Assembly: GCF_001465295.1 (NCBI RefSeq)
Contig: NZ_CP011035.1
Location: 330,001-362,000, forward strand
DNA: 32,000 nt
Source of the DNA: Pseudoalteromonas translucida KMM 520
GTDB taxonomy: Bacteria > Pseudomonadota > Gammaproteobacteria > Enterobacterales > Alteromonadaceae
Reading direction: 5' to 3'
The translations under genes and the position numbers were made by a program. Positions 9,254 through 18,212 of the stretch are shown piece after piece (position 1 is the stretch's first letter; each line of letters begins with the position of its first letter). The notes beneath the pieces are model-generated. The model saw nothing but the letters and a program-made list of their open reading frames with translations, made no database searches and had not been told where the DNA came from.

Positions 9254-10276
9254 ATGCGTAAATTACGGTATTTCTCAATCAAACAGATCGCTGCCCAGTC
9301 AGGTGTCAGTAAGGCAACGGTTGATCGTGCTGTCCACCAACGAGGAAAAGTAAGCGCACACACCCAGAGGAGGGTAGAACAAGCTCTGATTGAATTAGCA
9401 GAGCAACAAAATAACGTTCCTATTTCAGGACGAACTTTTTACATCGATGTGGTTATGCACGCGCCTAATCGCTTTTGTCAGGCAGTAAAAGAGGCAATTT
9501 ATGCACAACTGATGATGATGACTCCGTTTCGGATTCGGCCAAGATTCCATTTATTTGAAGAGATTAGTATTGAGGAACTATGCCAGCAATTAATCGTACT
9601 CGGTAAACGAAGTAGTCATGGAATAATTCTCAAAGCACCCAATGCTCCTATTATCATAGAGACGGTAAATATTTTATTCGAACAAGGTATCCCTACGGTT
9701 ACTTTAGTCACGGACTTACCATCTTCAAAACGTATATTATACAGTGGTATGCCTAACAAATTAGCTGGTGAAACGGCGGCGTATCTCATGATGAACTGGC
9801 TAAACGACAGGGCGCCGAAACGAGTTTTAGTGGTAATGAGTAAAGTTTTTTTTCAAGGTGAACAACAACGCGTCATGGCGTTTCGTAATAGCTTGATAAA
9901 TAAGGTAAAGAATGTTGATGTGCTTATATCTGAAGGTGGCTATGGTATGGATACATTAGTGTATAAACAGATAAACACACTATTCACTCAGTTTAATAAG
10001 ATCCATGGAGTTTATAGTGTAGGAGGTGGCAATAACGCCATATTACAAGCGTTTGCCGAGCAACAACGCCCCCTTCCTATTTTCATTGCTCATGACTTGG
10101 ATAGAGATAACCGTATTCTCCTAGCTCAACACCAAATACATGCGGTGTTGCATCATGATCTACAGCAGGATGTACAGTGTGCATTCTTTGCTTTATTACA
10201 ACACCACAACGTTCTCCCAGAAAGTGATTTACCAGCTTCAAAAATAGATATCATTACACCATTTAATATACCTTAG
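9254..10276 (+). CDS. LacI-family transcriptional regulator
   Basis: The N-terminal HTH is IKQIAAQSGVSKATVDRAVHQRGKVS, followed by a periplasmic-binding-protein-like sugar-binding fold. I prefer the ATG at 9254 (AGGA 5 nt upstream) over 9248. Confidence 0.85.
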   Translation: MRKLRYFSIKQIAAQSGVSKATVDRAVHQRGKVSAHTQRRVEQALIELAEQQNNVPISGRTFYIDVVMHAPNRFCQAVKEAIYAQLMMMTPFRIRPRFHLFEEISIEELCQQLIVLGKRSSHGIILKAPNAPIIIETVNILFEQGIPTVTLVTDLPSSKRILYSGMPNKLAGETAAYLMMNWLNDRAPKRVLVVMSKVFFQGEQQRVMAFRNSLINKVKNVDVLISEGGYGMDTLVYKQINTLFTQFNKIHGVYSVGGGNNAILQAFAEQQRPLPIFIAHDLDRDNRILLAQHQIHAVLHHDLQQDVQCAFFALLQHHNVLPESDLPASKIDIITPFNIP

Positions 10277-10342
10277 CCTGTTATATATTTGCTCGCTTAA
10301 CATAAGCGCATTTATCATTGTAGCTACGCTCTTGGTTATACT

Positions 10343-11267
10343 TTAGTGGGCGCCGATATTCTTAGGTGGTACGCCATAGGCGTGTTTAAATAAGCGGCTA
10401 AAATGGCTAGGGCAATTAAAACCCAGCTCATAACACGCTTGGCTAACCGTGCGGCCCTGCAACAATTTACTATAGGCTTTTTTAAGCCTAAGTTGCTGCT
10501 GCCACAGTGCTGGGCTAGTACCAAACGCTAACTTAAATTGTTGATAAAACTTGCTGCGACTCATGCAGGCAATTTTACACAGCCTCTCTATATCCAATGC
10601 TTCATTTAAGTGCTCTTCTATGTATTGCAAAGCATTATTTACCGGTGTTTTAAGCTGCGAATTATTGCCGTGTTTTAGTAATAAATCACGACTTTGTTGC
10701 TGTAGCAAGCGGGTAATAAGCTCGTTTAACGATAAGTCGATTAAATAACCTCGCTGCTCGTCGGGCTCACTAAATAAATGCACCATACGCGCTAAAAGTT
10801 GTTGGGTTTGGCTATTGTGCTGGCTATGTACCAGTTGCGGTGTATAGGCAAATAAGTCATCGCTGGCAAAGCGTTGCTCAATATTGAGTGCATTAGCCAC
10901 CTGCGTTATTTTGTCTGTGCTTATTTCAATAGCAAGGCAGGTAGTAGGCGCGCTTTAAAGATGCTTGTTCAAAGTCAATTAATACCCCTTGCTCTGGTGC
11001 TAATACAAAGGATTCGTGAGGTAAAAATGCCTTATGGTATTGGCAGCTCTCTACATGCATTACCTTTTTACCACTAAGCATGGCGCAAAAAAGTAATTCT
11101 TTTGAATGCAAAGCTACTTTTTGTGCATTTTGATAAGTATCGTAAATACTTAGCTCGCTATTATCGGCAGCAAAGGTCACTTTATTTTCAATTAGCACCT
11201 TTAATTGCTGGCGTTGCTTATTTAATTGCGGAGTATGCATTTTAATCCCTTTTAAATCTGGACTCAT
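10343..11267 (-). pseudogene. AraC-family transcriptional regulator (AraC_N-type N-domain plus C-terminal HTH) split by a frameshift
   Basis: ORF 10926-11324 encodes the N-terminal ligand domain and stops at 10926. ORF 10343-10900 carries the AraC HTH (SRSKFYQQFKLAFGTSP...GFNCPSHFSRLFKHAYGVPP). The downstream frame is open back to 10954 and reads SAPTTCLAIEISTDKITQV, continuing the N-domain. One frame change in 10929-10954, next to a GCGCGC tract, would therefore restore a single protein of about 300 aa. Confidence 0.65.
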
Positions 11268-11425
11268 AGACAACTTTTGTGGACAGCAATACATGCTTTT
11301 AAGTGTTTGATAGTCTAATGTCAATCAATGCTGATTAATTATAAAACAGCACTTGATTAAATATAAAGCAAAATGACTTATTTAATAGCTCGACTTTTAG
11401 CTAATAACAACAAGAGAGTGTCACT

Positions 11426-12946
11426 ATGATTTATGCAAATCCAGGCGAAAAAGATGCACTAATTACCTTTAAAGCGCAATACGAAAACTACATTGGCGGA
11501 GAGTGGGTAAAGCCAGTAAACGGCCAGTACTTTGAAAATATTAGCCCTGTAAACGGTAAAGTATTTTGTAAAGTAGCGCGCTCCGACAAAGACGACATTG
11601 AGCTTGCGCTCGACAAAGCCCATGCAGTAAAAGCGCAGTGGGGCACTACATCGGTTACCGATCGTAGTAACGTATTATTAAAAATAGCCGACCGTATTGA
11701 ACAAAATTTAGAGTTACTTGCAGTTGCCGAAACGTGGGACAACGGCAAAGCAATTCGCGAAACACTCGCGGCCGATATTCCACTAGCCGCTGATCACTTT
11801 CGCTACTTTGCAGGTTGCCTGCGCTCACAAGAGGGCGGTATTAGTGAAATTGATGAAACTACCGTTGCTTATCATTTTAATGAGCCATTAGGTGTAGTTG
11901 GGCAAATAATCCCGTGGAACTTCCCAATACTAATGGCAGCGTGGAAGTTAGCCCCAGCTCTAGCTGCGGGGAACTGTGTAATACTAAAACCAGCAGAGCA
12001 AACACCTGCCTCTATTTTAGTGCTGATGGAAGTGATTGGCGACTTACTGCCAGCGGGCGTACTCAACGTAGTTAATGGCTTTGGTAAAGAAGCCGGTGAA
12101 GCTTTGGCTACCAACACCCGTATTGCTAAAATCGCCTTTACGGGGTCTACTCCAGTGGGTTCACATATTTTAAAATGCGCCGCCGAAAACATAATTCCAT
12201 CAACGGTAGAGCTAGGTGGTAAGTCACCCAATATTTTCTTTAGCGATGTAATGGACAAAGACGACGCGTTTTTATCAAAAGCGATTGAGGGCGCAATACT
12301 GGCCTACTTTAACCAAGGTGAAGTGTGTACTTGCCCATCGCGACTATTCATTCAAGAAGATATTTACGAGCAATTTATTGAACGTATTTTACAGCGTACT
12401 GCACAAATTAAACGCGGTAACCCGCTAGATACCGAAACCATGATAGGTGCGCAGGCGTCTAAAGCGCAATTCGATAAAATATTAAGCTACATCGAAATAG
12501 GTAAAAAAGAAGGCGCAGAAGTACTTACCGGTGGCAACGTAGAGCAGTTAAGCGATGATCTTAACGGCGGATATTACATTCAGCCTACATTATTAAAAGG
12601 CACCAACGACATGCGGGTATTCCAAGAAGAGATTTTTGGCCCGGTTATTTCAATGTCGACCTTTAAAGACGAAGCCGAAGCGTTGGCACTTGCCAATAGT
12701 TCTGAATTTGGTTTAGGCGCCGGTGTATGGAGCCGCAACATGAACCAAGCGTATCGTATGGGGCGTAAAATTGAGGCAGGCCGTGTATGGACTAACTGCT
12801 ACCACATGTATCCGGCCCACGCCGCGTTTGGCGGTTATAAAAAATCAGGTATTGGTCGCGAAAACCACAAACTCGCACTGGGTCACTACCAACAAACTAA
12901 AAACCTATTAGTAAGCTATAGCGAAGATCCGCTCGGCTTCTTTTAA
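11426..12946 (+). CDS. NAD(P)-dependent aldehyde dehydrogenase (506-aa AldB/ExaC/AcoD-like class)
   Basis: It contains ALDH motifs ([22 protein letters not shown] catalytic Cys, EEIFGPV). Length and N-terminus are typical of acetaldehyde dehydrogenase II-type enzymes. It is divergent from the AraC-type regulator. Confidence 0.9.
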   Translation: MIYANPGEKDALITFKAQYENYIGGEWVKPVNGQYFENISPVNGKVFCKVARSDKDDIELALDKAHAVKAQWGTTSVTDRSNVLLKIADRIEQNLELLAVAETWDNGKAIRETLAADIPLAADHFRYFAGCLRSQEGGISEIDETTVAYHFNEPLGVVGQIIPWNFPILMAAWKLAPALAAGNCVILKPAEQTPASILVLMEVIGDLLPAGVLNVVNGFGKEAGEALATNTRIAKIAFTGSTPVGSHILKCAAENIIPSTVELGGKSPNIFFSDVMDKDDAFLSKAIEGAILAYFNQGEVCTCPSRLFIQEDIYEQFIERILQRTAQIKRGNPLDTETMIGAQASKAQFDKILSYIEIGKKEGAEVLTGGNVEQLSDDLNGGYYIQPTLLKGTNDMRVFQEEIFGPVISMSTFKDEAEALALANSSEFGLGAGVWSRNMNQAYRMGRKIEAGRVWTNCYHMYPAHAAFGGYKKSGIGRENHKLALGHYQQTKNLLVSYSEDPLGFF

Positions 12947-12988
12947 TCAAAAAAGTTTAAACTTAAATACAACAACCATTAAGTAATG

Positions 12989-13017
12989 AGCGCTGCATAT
13001 TTGCAGCGCTTTTTTTT
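12989..13017 (+). terminator. Rho-independent terminator of the aldehyde dehydrogenase gene
   Basis: AGCGCTGCA (12989-12997) and TGCAGCGCT (13002-13010) form a 9-bp GC-rich stem with a TATT loop, followed by T7 (13011-13017). Confidence 0.9.
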
Positions 13018-13352
13018 ACATTGGTTTAATGAATTTAAAACGACTCAACCGCGTTATCGCTCTTAGCACCAATCGTATTTTTTGCATGTTTTTATTATAT
13101 ATATGTTCTTTTTTCAGTGTTAAAAAAGGTATTTCACACCAGCTAAATTTTATAATTAATAACAGTATAAATTGGCAATTGTTGCGGTTTTGTCCGATAA
13201 CATTATTAAAAGTCGTTCTGAGGTATTTAAACAAGGGCAATTTTATTACACACGTAATTACTTGTTTACATTAGAGTTGTTTGGTGGAACTATTAAGCTA
13301 TGTAATATACGCCGTTTTGGGGGGTTATAAACCCCCATAGTGGTGTTCTATA

Positions 13353-13380
13353 AGCTGTTAGCTGTTAGCTGTTAGCTGTA
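13353..13380 (+). repeat. Tandem heptamer (GTTAGCT) x3 with partial flanking units, i.e. triplicated attC core-like box
   Basis: The sequence is AGCT GTTAGCT GTTAGCT GTTAGCT GTA. GTTAGCT is the exact reverse complement of the inverse-core box AGCTAAC of the next attC (14047-14053). It also recurs as the last box of the array (19747-19753). Confidence 0.9.
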
Positions 13381-13392
13381 AATGGAGTTTGT

Positions 13393-14040
13393 ATGCAGAA
13401 TTTTTCTACTGAAAAATATTCAAATATTGTCACAGAAATAAGAGATAGGATACAATCTGCTGGTGTATTCTCTGAACAAAATAGTGCTATTTTTATTGAG
13501 ACTACATCTTTACAAATAAGAAAAATTTTAGAGTTAATCGCTTATCTATCTGTTTTGGTAAACCAAGATAAACTAAATCATAAAGATAGAGGTGAATGGC
13601 ATGCTAAGAAAATAATAGAGAACCTTAGCAACAAAACAACGGTTTTCTACCCATTGCCAAGTCATATTATTTACTCTCAAGATAATGCATCTCAACCTGT
13701 TTTGATTCCTCAGAGTTATGAAAACTCATTATCTCAAAGCGATTTTATAAAGGTCTATAAAAGATGTGGAGAAGTATTGCATGCTCAACACCCTCTGAAA
13801 GAAATATTAGATATTGAAATTATATTTAGTGAAAATAAAGACACTCTACAAAGACTTAGAAATCTATTACAAAACCATACTATCGGCATCAAGCATGAGT
13901 CTAATAAATATACATTTTTATCAGTGGCAATTGATTTTACTAATGATGAAAAGACGAAACCCTCTTACATAAAAGAAATTAAAGCTAATATTTATAATGA
14001 ACAAGAATTGATCAGCATATTTAGTGGTAATTACGCTTAA
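13393..14040 (+). CDS. Cassette-encoded hypothetical protein (215 aa)
   Basis: GGAG at 13384-13387 precedes the ATG at 13393. The ORF fills the cassette and stops 6 nt before the attC. I recognise no family. It contains an R-x5-H string (KRCGEVLHAQH), which is compatible with, but not proof of, a HEPN-like motif. Confidence 0.7.
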   Translation: MQNFSTEKYSNIVTEIRDRIQSAGVFSEQNSAIFIETTSLQIRKILELIAYLSVLVNQDKLNHKDRGEWHAKKIIENLSNKTTVFYPLPSHIIYSQDNASQPVLIPQSYENSLSQSDFIKVYKRCGEVLHAQHPLKEILDIEIIFSENKDTLQRLRNLLQNHTIGIKHESNKYTFLSVAIDFTNDEKTKPSYIKEIKANIYNEQELISIFSGNYA

Positions 14041-14046
14041 TATTAC

Positions 14047-14147
14047 AGCTAACAAGGCATTTAAACTGAACAAAAACAGTGGGTTACGTTTCGCTTCGCT
14101 ACACATTTTAACCCACTATTTTTGTCCGCTTAATGCGGCGTTATATT
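14047..14147 (+). other. attC recombination site (intact, about 101 bp)
   Basis: The R'' box is AGCTAAC (14047-14053). The 5' arm GGCATTTAAACTGAACAAAAACAGTGGGTTA pairs with the 3' arm TAACCCACTATTTTTGTCCGCTTAATGCGGCG. The R' box is G|TTATATT (14140-14147). Confidence 0.8.
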
Positions 14148-14170
14148 GGCATCAAGCTATGGAGTTATAA

Positions 14171-15166
14171 TTGTTCGAAGAGCTACTAGAACTTGTTGAA
14201 ACTAAGCTTCGTGAAAATGGAGAAGACCCAACTTATGAAGCTATCATAAATTTGGCGTCAGAAGTTTTGATCGAAGATACAGCAGAGCAAGAAGAAATAA
14301 ACGTTCAGCGTGTTATTTCTGAACATGATGCCTTTATAAAGAGAAATAGAGAAAGGTGGAGTTTAGGCTTCCGTAAACTTCACGCATTAAGAGAAACTTG
14401 CTTACAAGCAGGGATGAACTTTCAAGAACAATTTGTAAAAATTCCAAAATATGAAACGGACGAATTAATTGGCGTATTATTACGTCAACATGCACACGCA
14501 TGCCGTATTAGTGGTGAAATCATCCACCTTCTTGAAGGTGGATATCCCGATGCAGCCTTAGCCCGTTGGCGCACTTTATATGAAATGGTTGTAACTTGCC
14601 TTGTCATAAGTAAATGTGGAAAGAAGGCTGCAATTGATTATATAAAGCATGGAATGGTTAAAACGGCTGAAGGCATAGCTGAACATCGAAAAACATCAGA
14701 TGCTATGGGCTTGGAAACATTTACTGAGGACGAAGCTGAATATTACGCAGCTCTGAAAGATGAGATTACAGGTGGAAAGTCTAGCTGGCATTGGGCAAGA
14801 GAACACACCGGTTTTGCTAAATTTGAGAAGCTACGAGAGTATGTAGAACTTGATAAATGGTCACATAACTATAAATTAGCTAGTCGTAATGTACATTCTG
14901 ATTATTATGAAATGGCTTCATTATATGCAATGAATGAAGCTAAAGAAGACTTGCTACTTTGTGGTCAGTCTAATTCAGGGTTAACAGATCCCGCTCAGTT
15001 TACAGCAATTAGTCTGGCTCAAATAACATCTGTATTTCTATCTGCATATATCAAAGATGAAAATAGCGGCTTAGATTACAAAGATTCAGTTCTATTTATG
15101 AAAATAATAGATAATTACGTTAAAGAGGTTGGTGAAGCGTTTGTTAACGTCGAAAAGCCAATATAA
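14171..15166 (+). CDS. Cassette-encoded hypothetical protein (331 aa), predicted all-alpha
   Basis: It starts at a TTG with GGAG 7 nt upstream. The stop TAA (15164-15166) is embedded in the inverse-core box ATATAAC. The central region (LLRQHAHACRISGEIIHLLEGGYPDAALARWRTLYEMVVTCLVI) reminds me of DUF5677-type proteins, but I have not verified this. Confidence 0.75.
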   Translation: MFEELLELVETKLRENGEDPTYEAIINLASEVLIEDTAEQEEINVQRVISEHDAFIKRNRERWSLGFRKLHALRETCLQAGMNFQEQFVKIPKYETDELIGVLLRQHAHACRISGEIIHLLEGGYPDAALARWRTLYEMVVTCLVISKCGKKAAIDYIKHGMVKTAEGIAEHRKTSDAMGLETFTEDEAEYYAALKDEITGGKSSWHWAREHTGFAKFEKLREYVELDKWSHNYKLASRNVHSDYYEMASLYAMNEAKEDLLLCGQSNSGLTDPAQFTAISLAQITSVFLSAYIKDENSGLDYKDSVLFMKIIDNYVKEVGEAFVNVEKPI

Positions 15167-15309
15167 CAACACGCCCTGAGGTGGGCAGCAAGCACTAGAG
15201 TTCACTTTCCACCGCAAATTTTAACAGCGGTGATCCCTTGGTAATCCCCCCGAAAAATAATAGATGCCAAACGTAGAATTTTCTCTTATTGTAAACACAG
15301 GAGAAAATT

Positions 15310-15576
15310 ATGAAAAAAGCACATTTTACAGACAGTCAGATCCTCGCCATTTTGAAGCAAGCCGAAAGCGGTGTGCCCATTCCTGAGCTATGCCGTGAGC
15401 ATGGTATGGGCAACTCAACCTTTTATAAATGGCGTGCAAAATATGGCGGTATGGATGCGTCTTTAATGACGCGAATGAAAGAGCTTGAAGATGAAAACCG
15501 CCGTTTAAAGAAAATGTATGCTGAAGAGCGACTCAAATCAGAGGTCATTCAGGAGGCTATGGCAAAAAAGTGGTAA
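15310..15576 (+). CDS. IS3-family transposase OrfA (HTH)
   Basis: 88 aa. [48 protein letters not shown] is the conserved IS3/IS407 OrfA pattern, followed by a leucine-zipper-like tail. Confidence 0.9.
   Translation: MKKAHFTDSQILAILKQAESGVPIPELCREHGMGNSTFYKWRAKYGGMDASLMTRMKELEDENRRLKKMYAEERLKSEVIQEAMAKKW
15564..15570 (+). promoter_or_regulatory. Programmed -1 ribosomal frameshift motif A AAA AAG (orfA to orfB)
   Basis: The A6G heptamer is in the orfA frame (GCA AAA AAG TGG TAA). orfB is in the -1 frame and open from 15570. Confidence 0.75.
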
Positions 15577-16424
15577 AGGCTTCTGAGCGCAAAGTATTGG
15601 CACATGAAGTCGTTAGCACAAATAAAATGAGTATTGCCTTAGCTTGTCGTACTTTTATGATCAGTGAAACTTGTTATCGTTATGCGTCGATATTAAAAAA
15701 TGAAAATCTAAAAATAGCAGAGCTGTTACTCGATCTGACTGAGTCAAAGCGAAGCTGGGGTTTTGGATTATGTTTTTTATATTTGCGCAATGTAAAAAAG
15801 CACAAGTGGAACCACAAGCGAATTTACCGCATTTACCGTGAGCTTGAGTTAAACTTGCGGATCAAGCCAAGGAAACGCTTAAATAGAGATAAGCCTGAGC
15901 CATTGGCAGTACCAGAAACCATCAATGAATGTTGGTCAATGGATTTTATGCATGACCAATTAGCGGATGGCAGAGCGTGTCGTCTGTTTAATGTCATTGA
16001 TGACTTTAACCGTGAAGGGCTGACTATTGACGCTGATTTATCATTGCCTGCTGAACGTGTGATCCGCTCGTTAAATCAAATTATAGAGTGGCGGGGTAAA
16101 CCAAAAGCTATCAGATGTGATAATGGCCCAGAATATATTAGCAAGCAGCTAGCGCAATGGGCGTTGAATAATGATATCGAATTACGGTTTATTCAACCCG
16201 GTAACCCACAGCAAAATGCCTATATAGAGCGCTTCAACCGAACGGTTCGTTACGACTGGCTGAGTCATTATATTTACAGTGATATTAGTGAGTTACAAGA
16301 CAGAGCGACTGATTGGCTATGGACTTATAATAATGAACGCCCTAACATGGGGTTAGATGGTATAACACCAATACAAAAGCTGGAAAAATTAAACAACGGA
16401 AATTCTACAGCTAGCCTCCATTAA
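15570..16424 (+). CDS. IS3-family transposase OrfB (DDE integrase domain), expressed as an OrfAB fusion
   Basis: 284 aa with an rve-type DDE core (WSMDFMHD ... [11 protein letters not shown] ... [11 protein letters not shown] ... [14 protein letters not shown]). Confidence 0.9.
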   Translation: MVKASERKVLAHEVVSTNKMSIALACRTFMISETCYRYASILKNENLKIAELLLDLTESKRSWGFGLCFLYLRNVKKHKWNHKRIYRIYRELELNLRIKPRKRLNRDKPEPLAVPETINECWSMDFMHDQLADGRACRLFNVIDDFNREGLTIDADLSLPAERVIRSLNQIIEWRGKPKAIRCDNGPEYISKQLAQWALNNDIELRFIQPGNPQQNAYIERFNRTVRYDWLSHYIYSDISELQDRATDWLWTYNNERPNMGLDGITPIQKLEKLNNGNSTASLH

Positions 16425-16440
16425 AAATGGGGGGATTACC

Positions 16441-16921
16441 CCTTACTTTTCAATGCGATTAAGTAAGTTGATTCATCGTAGGGCGTATGTGTTTTCCAGC
16501 ACCTAAATAGTATTCTTATCCACTTAAATGCTAATGATCTGATGATGGTATTATGGGGTTTTCCTTTGGCCTCTTGCTGCCGATAATATGCTTTTGCCCA
16601 AAATGAATAACGCACAGATAATCCTGCCCATTCAACAAATGTTTGCCTTAAAAATTTAGTGCACGAATATCGCCAGTGTATCCATTCCTTCTTGCCACTG
16701 CGCTCGGTAACAGGGGCAATGCCTGCGTATTTTTGTATGTCAGCAGCGCACTTATAACGGTCACGATTTGACCCCATAGCGGCTAATAACCGAGGCGCTA
16801 ATTGTGGTCCTGCACCTGGTAAACTATCAAAAATAGCGCGATCTGAATGTTGCTTATAAAGCGTTTTAATTTCGTCATCAAATCGGGTTATTGCCTGCAT
16901 TAGATGTTTGAGTTGAGGAAC
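16441..16921 (-). pseudogene. IS110-family transposase, C-terminal half only (type B); the last 15 codons lie beyond the IS3 insertion at 15195-15239
   Basis: Track ORF 16436-16900 (FDSLPGAGPQLAPRLL...WRYSC..FLRQTFVEWAG...SLAFKWIRI) is closely similar to residues about 265-405 of the 419-aa transposase. Homology continues upstream to about 16919 (PQLKHLMQAITRFDDEIK). The apparent stop at 16436 lies inside the IS3 inverted repeat. Confidence 0.85.
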
Positions 16922-16952
16922 AACACGCCCTGAGGTGGACGACTAGTAAAAT

Positions 16953-18212
16953 TTAGCTATTAATTGCAAATTTTAAAAGTGGTGAGCCTCTGCGTTTTAA
17001 TGCAGCTAAATACGTCGATTCATCGTAGGGTGTATTCGTTTTCCAACACCTAAATACAATCCTTATCCATTTAAATGCCAGTGATCTAATAATGCTGCTA
17101 TGCGGCTTACCCTTGGCTTTTTGTTGCTCATAATACGCTTTAGCCCAAAATGAATAACGAATAGAAAAGCCTGCCCATTCTACAAATGTTTGCCTTAAAA
17201 AAGTGGGGCAACTATAACGCCAATGCGTCCACATCTTTTGACCACTGCGCTCAATAACAGGCGCTATACCAGCGTACTTTTGAAGTTCTGCAGCATCATT
17301 GTAACGCGCACGATTGCTCCCAAAAGCAACAAGTAAACGTGGGGCGAGTTGTGGACCTGCACCGGGTAAGCTATCAAATATCTTTTTATCTTGCTGGGCT
17401 TTATAAGCCGATTTTATTGCTTTATCGAGCTTTTCAATACCTTTTAATAACACTTTAAACTGCGTAATAAGCACTTCAACGAGCATTTGATTAGGCACAA
17501 TGACTCCTTCATCCAGAGTTAATGGCATCGCATTTTTAATACTGTCTAGTCGTGCATTATTGACCGTGCAATAGTGTGAGTTATGACTCTCGAAAAAGTC
17601 GAGTAAAGTCTGTTTTCTTGCTTTTTTAACCGCAGTGAGCGACGGCCATTTCTGAATGAAGTCGCAGAATATATACGTGTCTTTTTCTTTAAACCATTCA
17701 AGTGCCTGCGGGTAATAATTCTTTAATGTCGCCGTTATTTTATTGGATAAATCGACACTGTCTTGCACTAAACTTCGGCGATATTCAACAAGCTGAGACA
17801 GCGTTATAGCTGCTGACTCAGGCTCAATGACAGACAGCTTATCCATGTGTAACGTGAGAATTTCAACTTGTACAAAGGCATCTGATGGGTCATCTTTTGC
17901 GCCACTGGGCGTAAAAGCCTGGCGATATTTAGCAACAGCACAAGGATTAACGGTAAATAAAGTAAGATGGTCGTATTTAGCTAATGCATAAATAAGCGGG
18001 CCTTTTTTAAGCTCACAAACAATTGCTATTTTCTGCTCTGGATAACGCTGTTTAATATCCATAGCCCATTCATGCAACGCTTCAGGTGTGTGTTTAATAA
18101 CGGTGTAATGATATTTATTAGTGCCTGTTGGGTGTTCACAAATATCATGTTTTTTATCGGCCCAATCTATGCCAATGAGTACAGCAAAATTATCAACGTT
18201 ATATGCTTTCAT
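16953..18212 (-). CDS. IS110-family DEDD transposase/recombinase (419 aa)
   Basis: The N-terminal RuvC-like DEDD domain is present (GIDWADKKHD, IVCELKKGP, GAKDDPSDA). The C-terminal Transposase_20-type domain is also present (FDSLPGAGPQLAPRLL...YAGIAPVIERSG). Confidence 0.92.
   Translation of the reverse strand: MKAYNVDNFAVLIGIDWADKKHDICEHPTGTNKYHYTVIKHTPEALHEWAMDIKQRYPEQKIAIVCELKKGPLIYALAKYDHLTLFTVNPCAVAKYRQAFTPSGAKDDPSDAFVQVEILTLHMDKLSVIEPESAAITLSQLVEYRRSLVQDSVDLSNKITATLKNYYPQALEWFKEKDTYIFCDFIQKWPSLTAVKKARKQTLLDFFESHNSHYCTVNNARLDSIKNAMPLTLDEGVIVPNQMLVEVLITQFKVLLKGIEKLDKAIKSAYKAQQDKKIFDSLPGAGPQLAPRLLVAFGSNRARYNDAAELQKYAGIAPVIERSGQKMWTHWRYSCPTFLRQTFVEWAGFSIRYSFWAKAYYEQQKAKGKPHSSIIRSLAFKWIRIVFRCWKTNTPYDESTYLAALKRRGSPLLKFAINS

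Larger units (their letters stand above)
15240..16440 (+). mobile_element. Intact IS3-family (IS407-group-like) insertion sequence, 1201 bp, 4-bp target duplication CCTT
   Basis: The terminal inverted repeats are GGTAATCCCCCC (12/12) plus an internal GTAGAATTT match. CCTT is present at both 15236-15239 and 16441-16444, whereas the uninterrupted homologous sequence at 19714-19717 has CCTT once. It has orfA/orfB with an A6G slippery site. Confidence 0.9.
15168..16921 (-). mobile_element. IS110-family element 'type B', 5'-truncated remnant inserted at the AAC of the cassette-2 attC and split by an IS3-family element
   Basis: The right-end sequence AACACGCCCTGAGGTGGGCAGCAAGC... starts immediately after the R'' AAC (15165-15167). 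It continues across the IS3 insertion into the transposase C-terminal coding region (16441-16921). It stops abruptly at the junction with the type A element. Confidence 0.7.

Noticed and set aside
10294-10308. Small hairpin CGCTTA-ACA-TAAGCG between the convergent LacI and AraC genes, considered as a bidirectional terminator
   Set aside because: It has only a 6-bp AT-containing stem and no U tract on either strand, which is too weak to call.
13016-13274. ORFs 13016-13240 (-) and 13029-13274 (+) in the AT-rich leader of the array
   Set aside because: They are mutually overlapping, low-complexity (Ile/Leu/Asn/Phe-rich) and lack an RBS. This is typical of random ORFs in AT-rich DNA.
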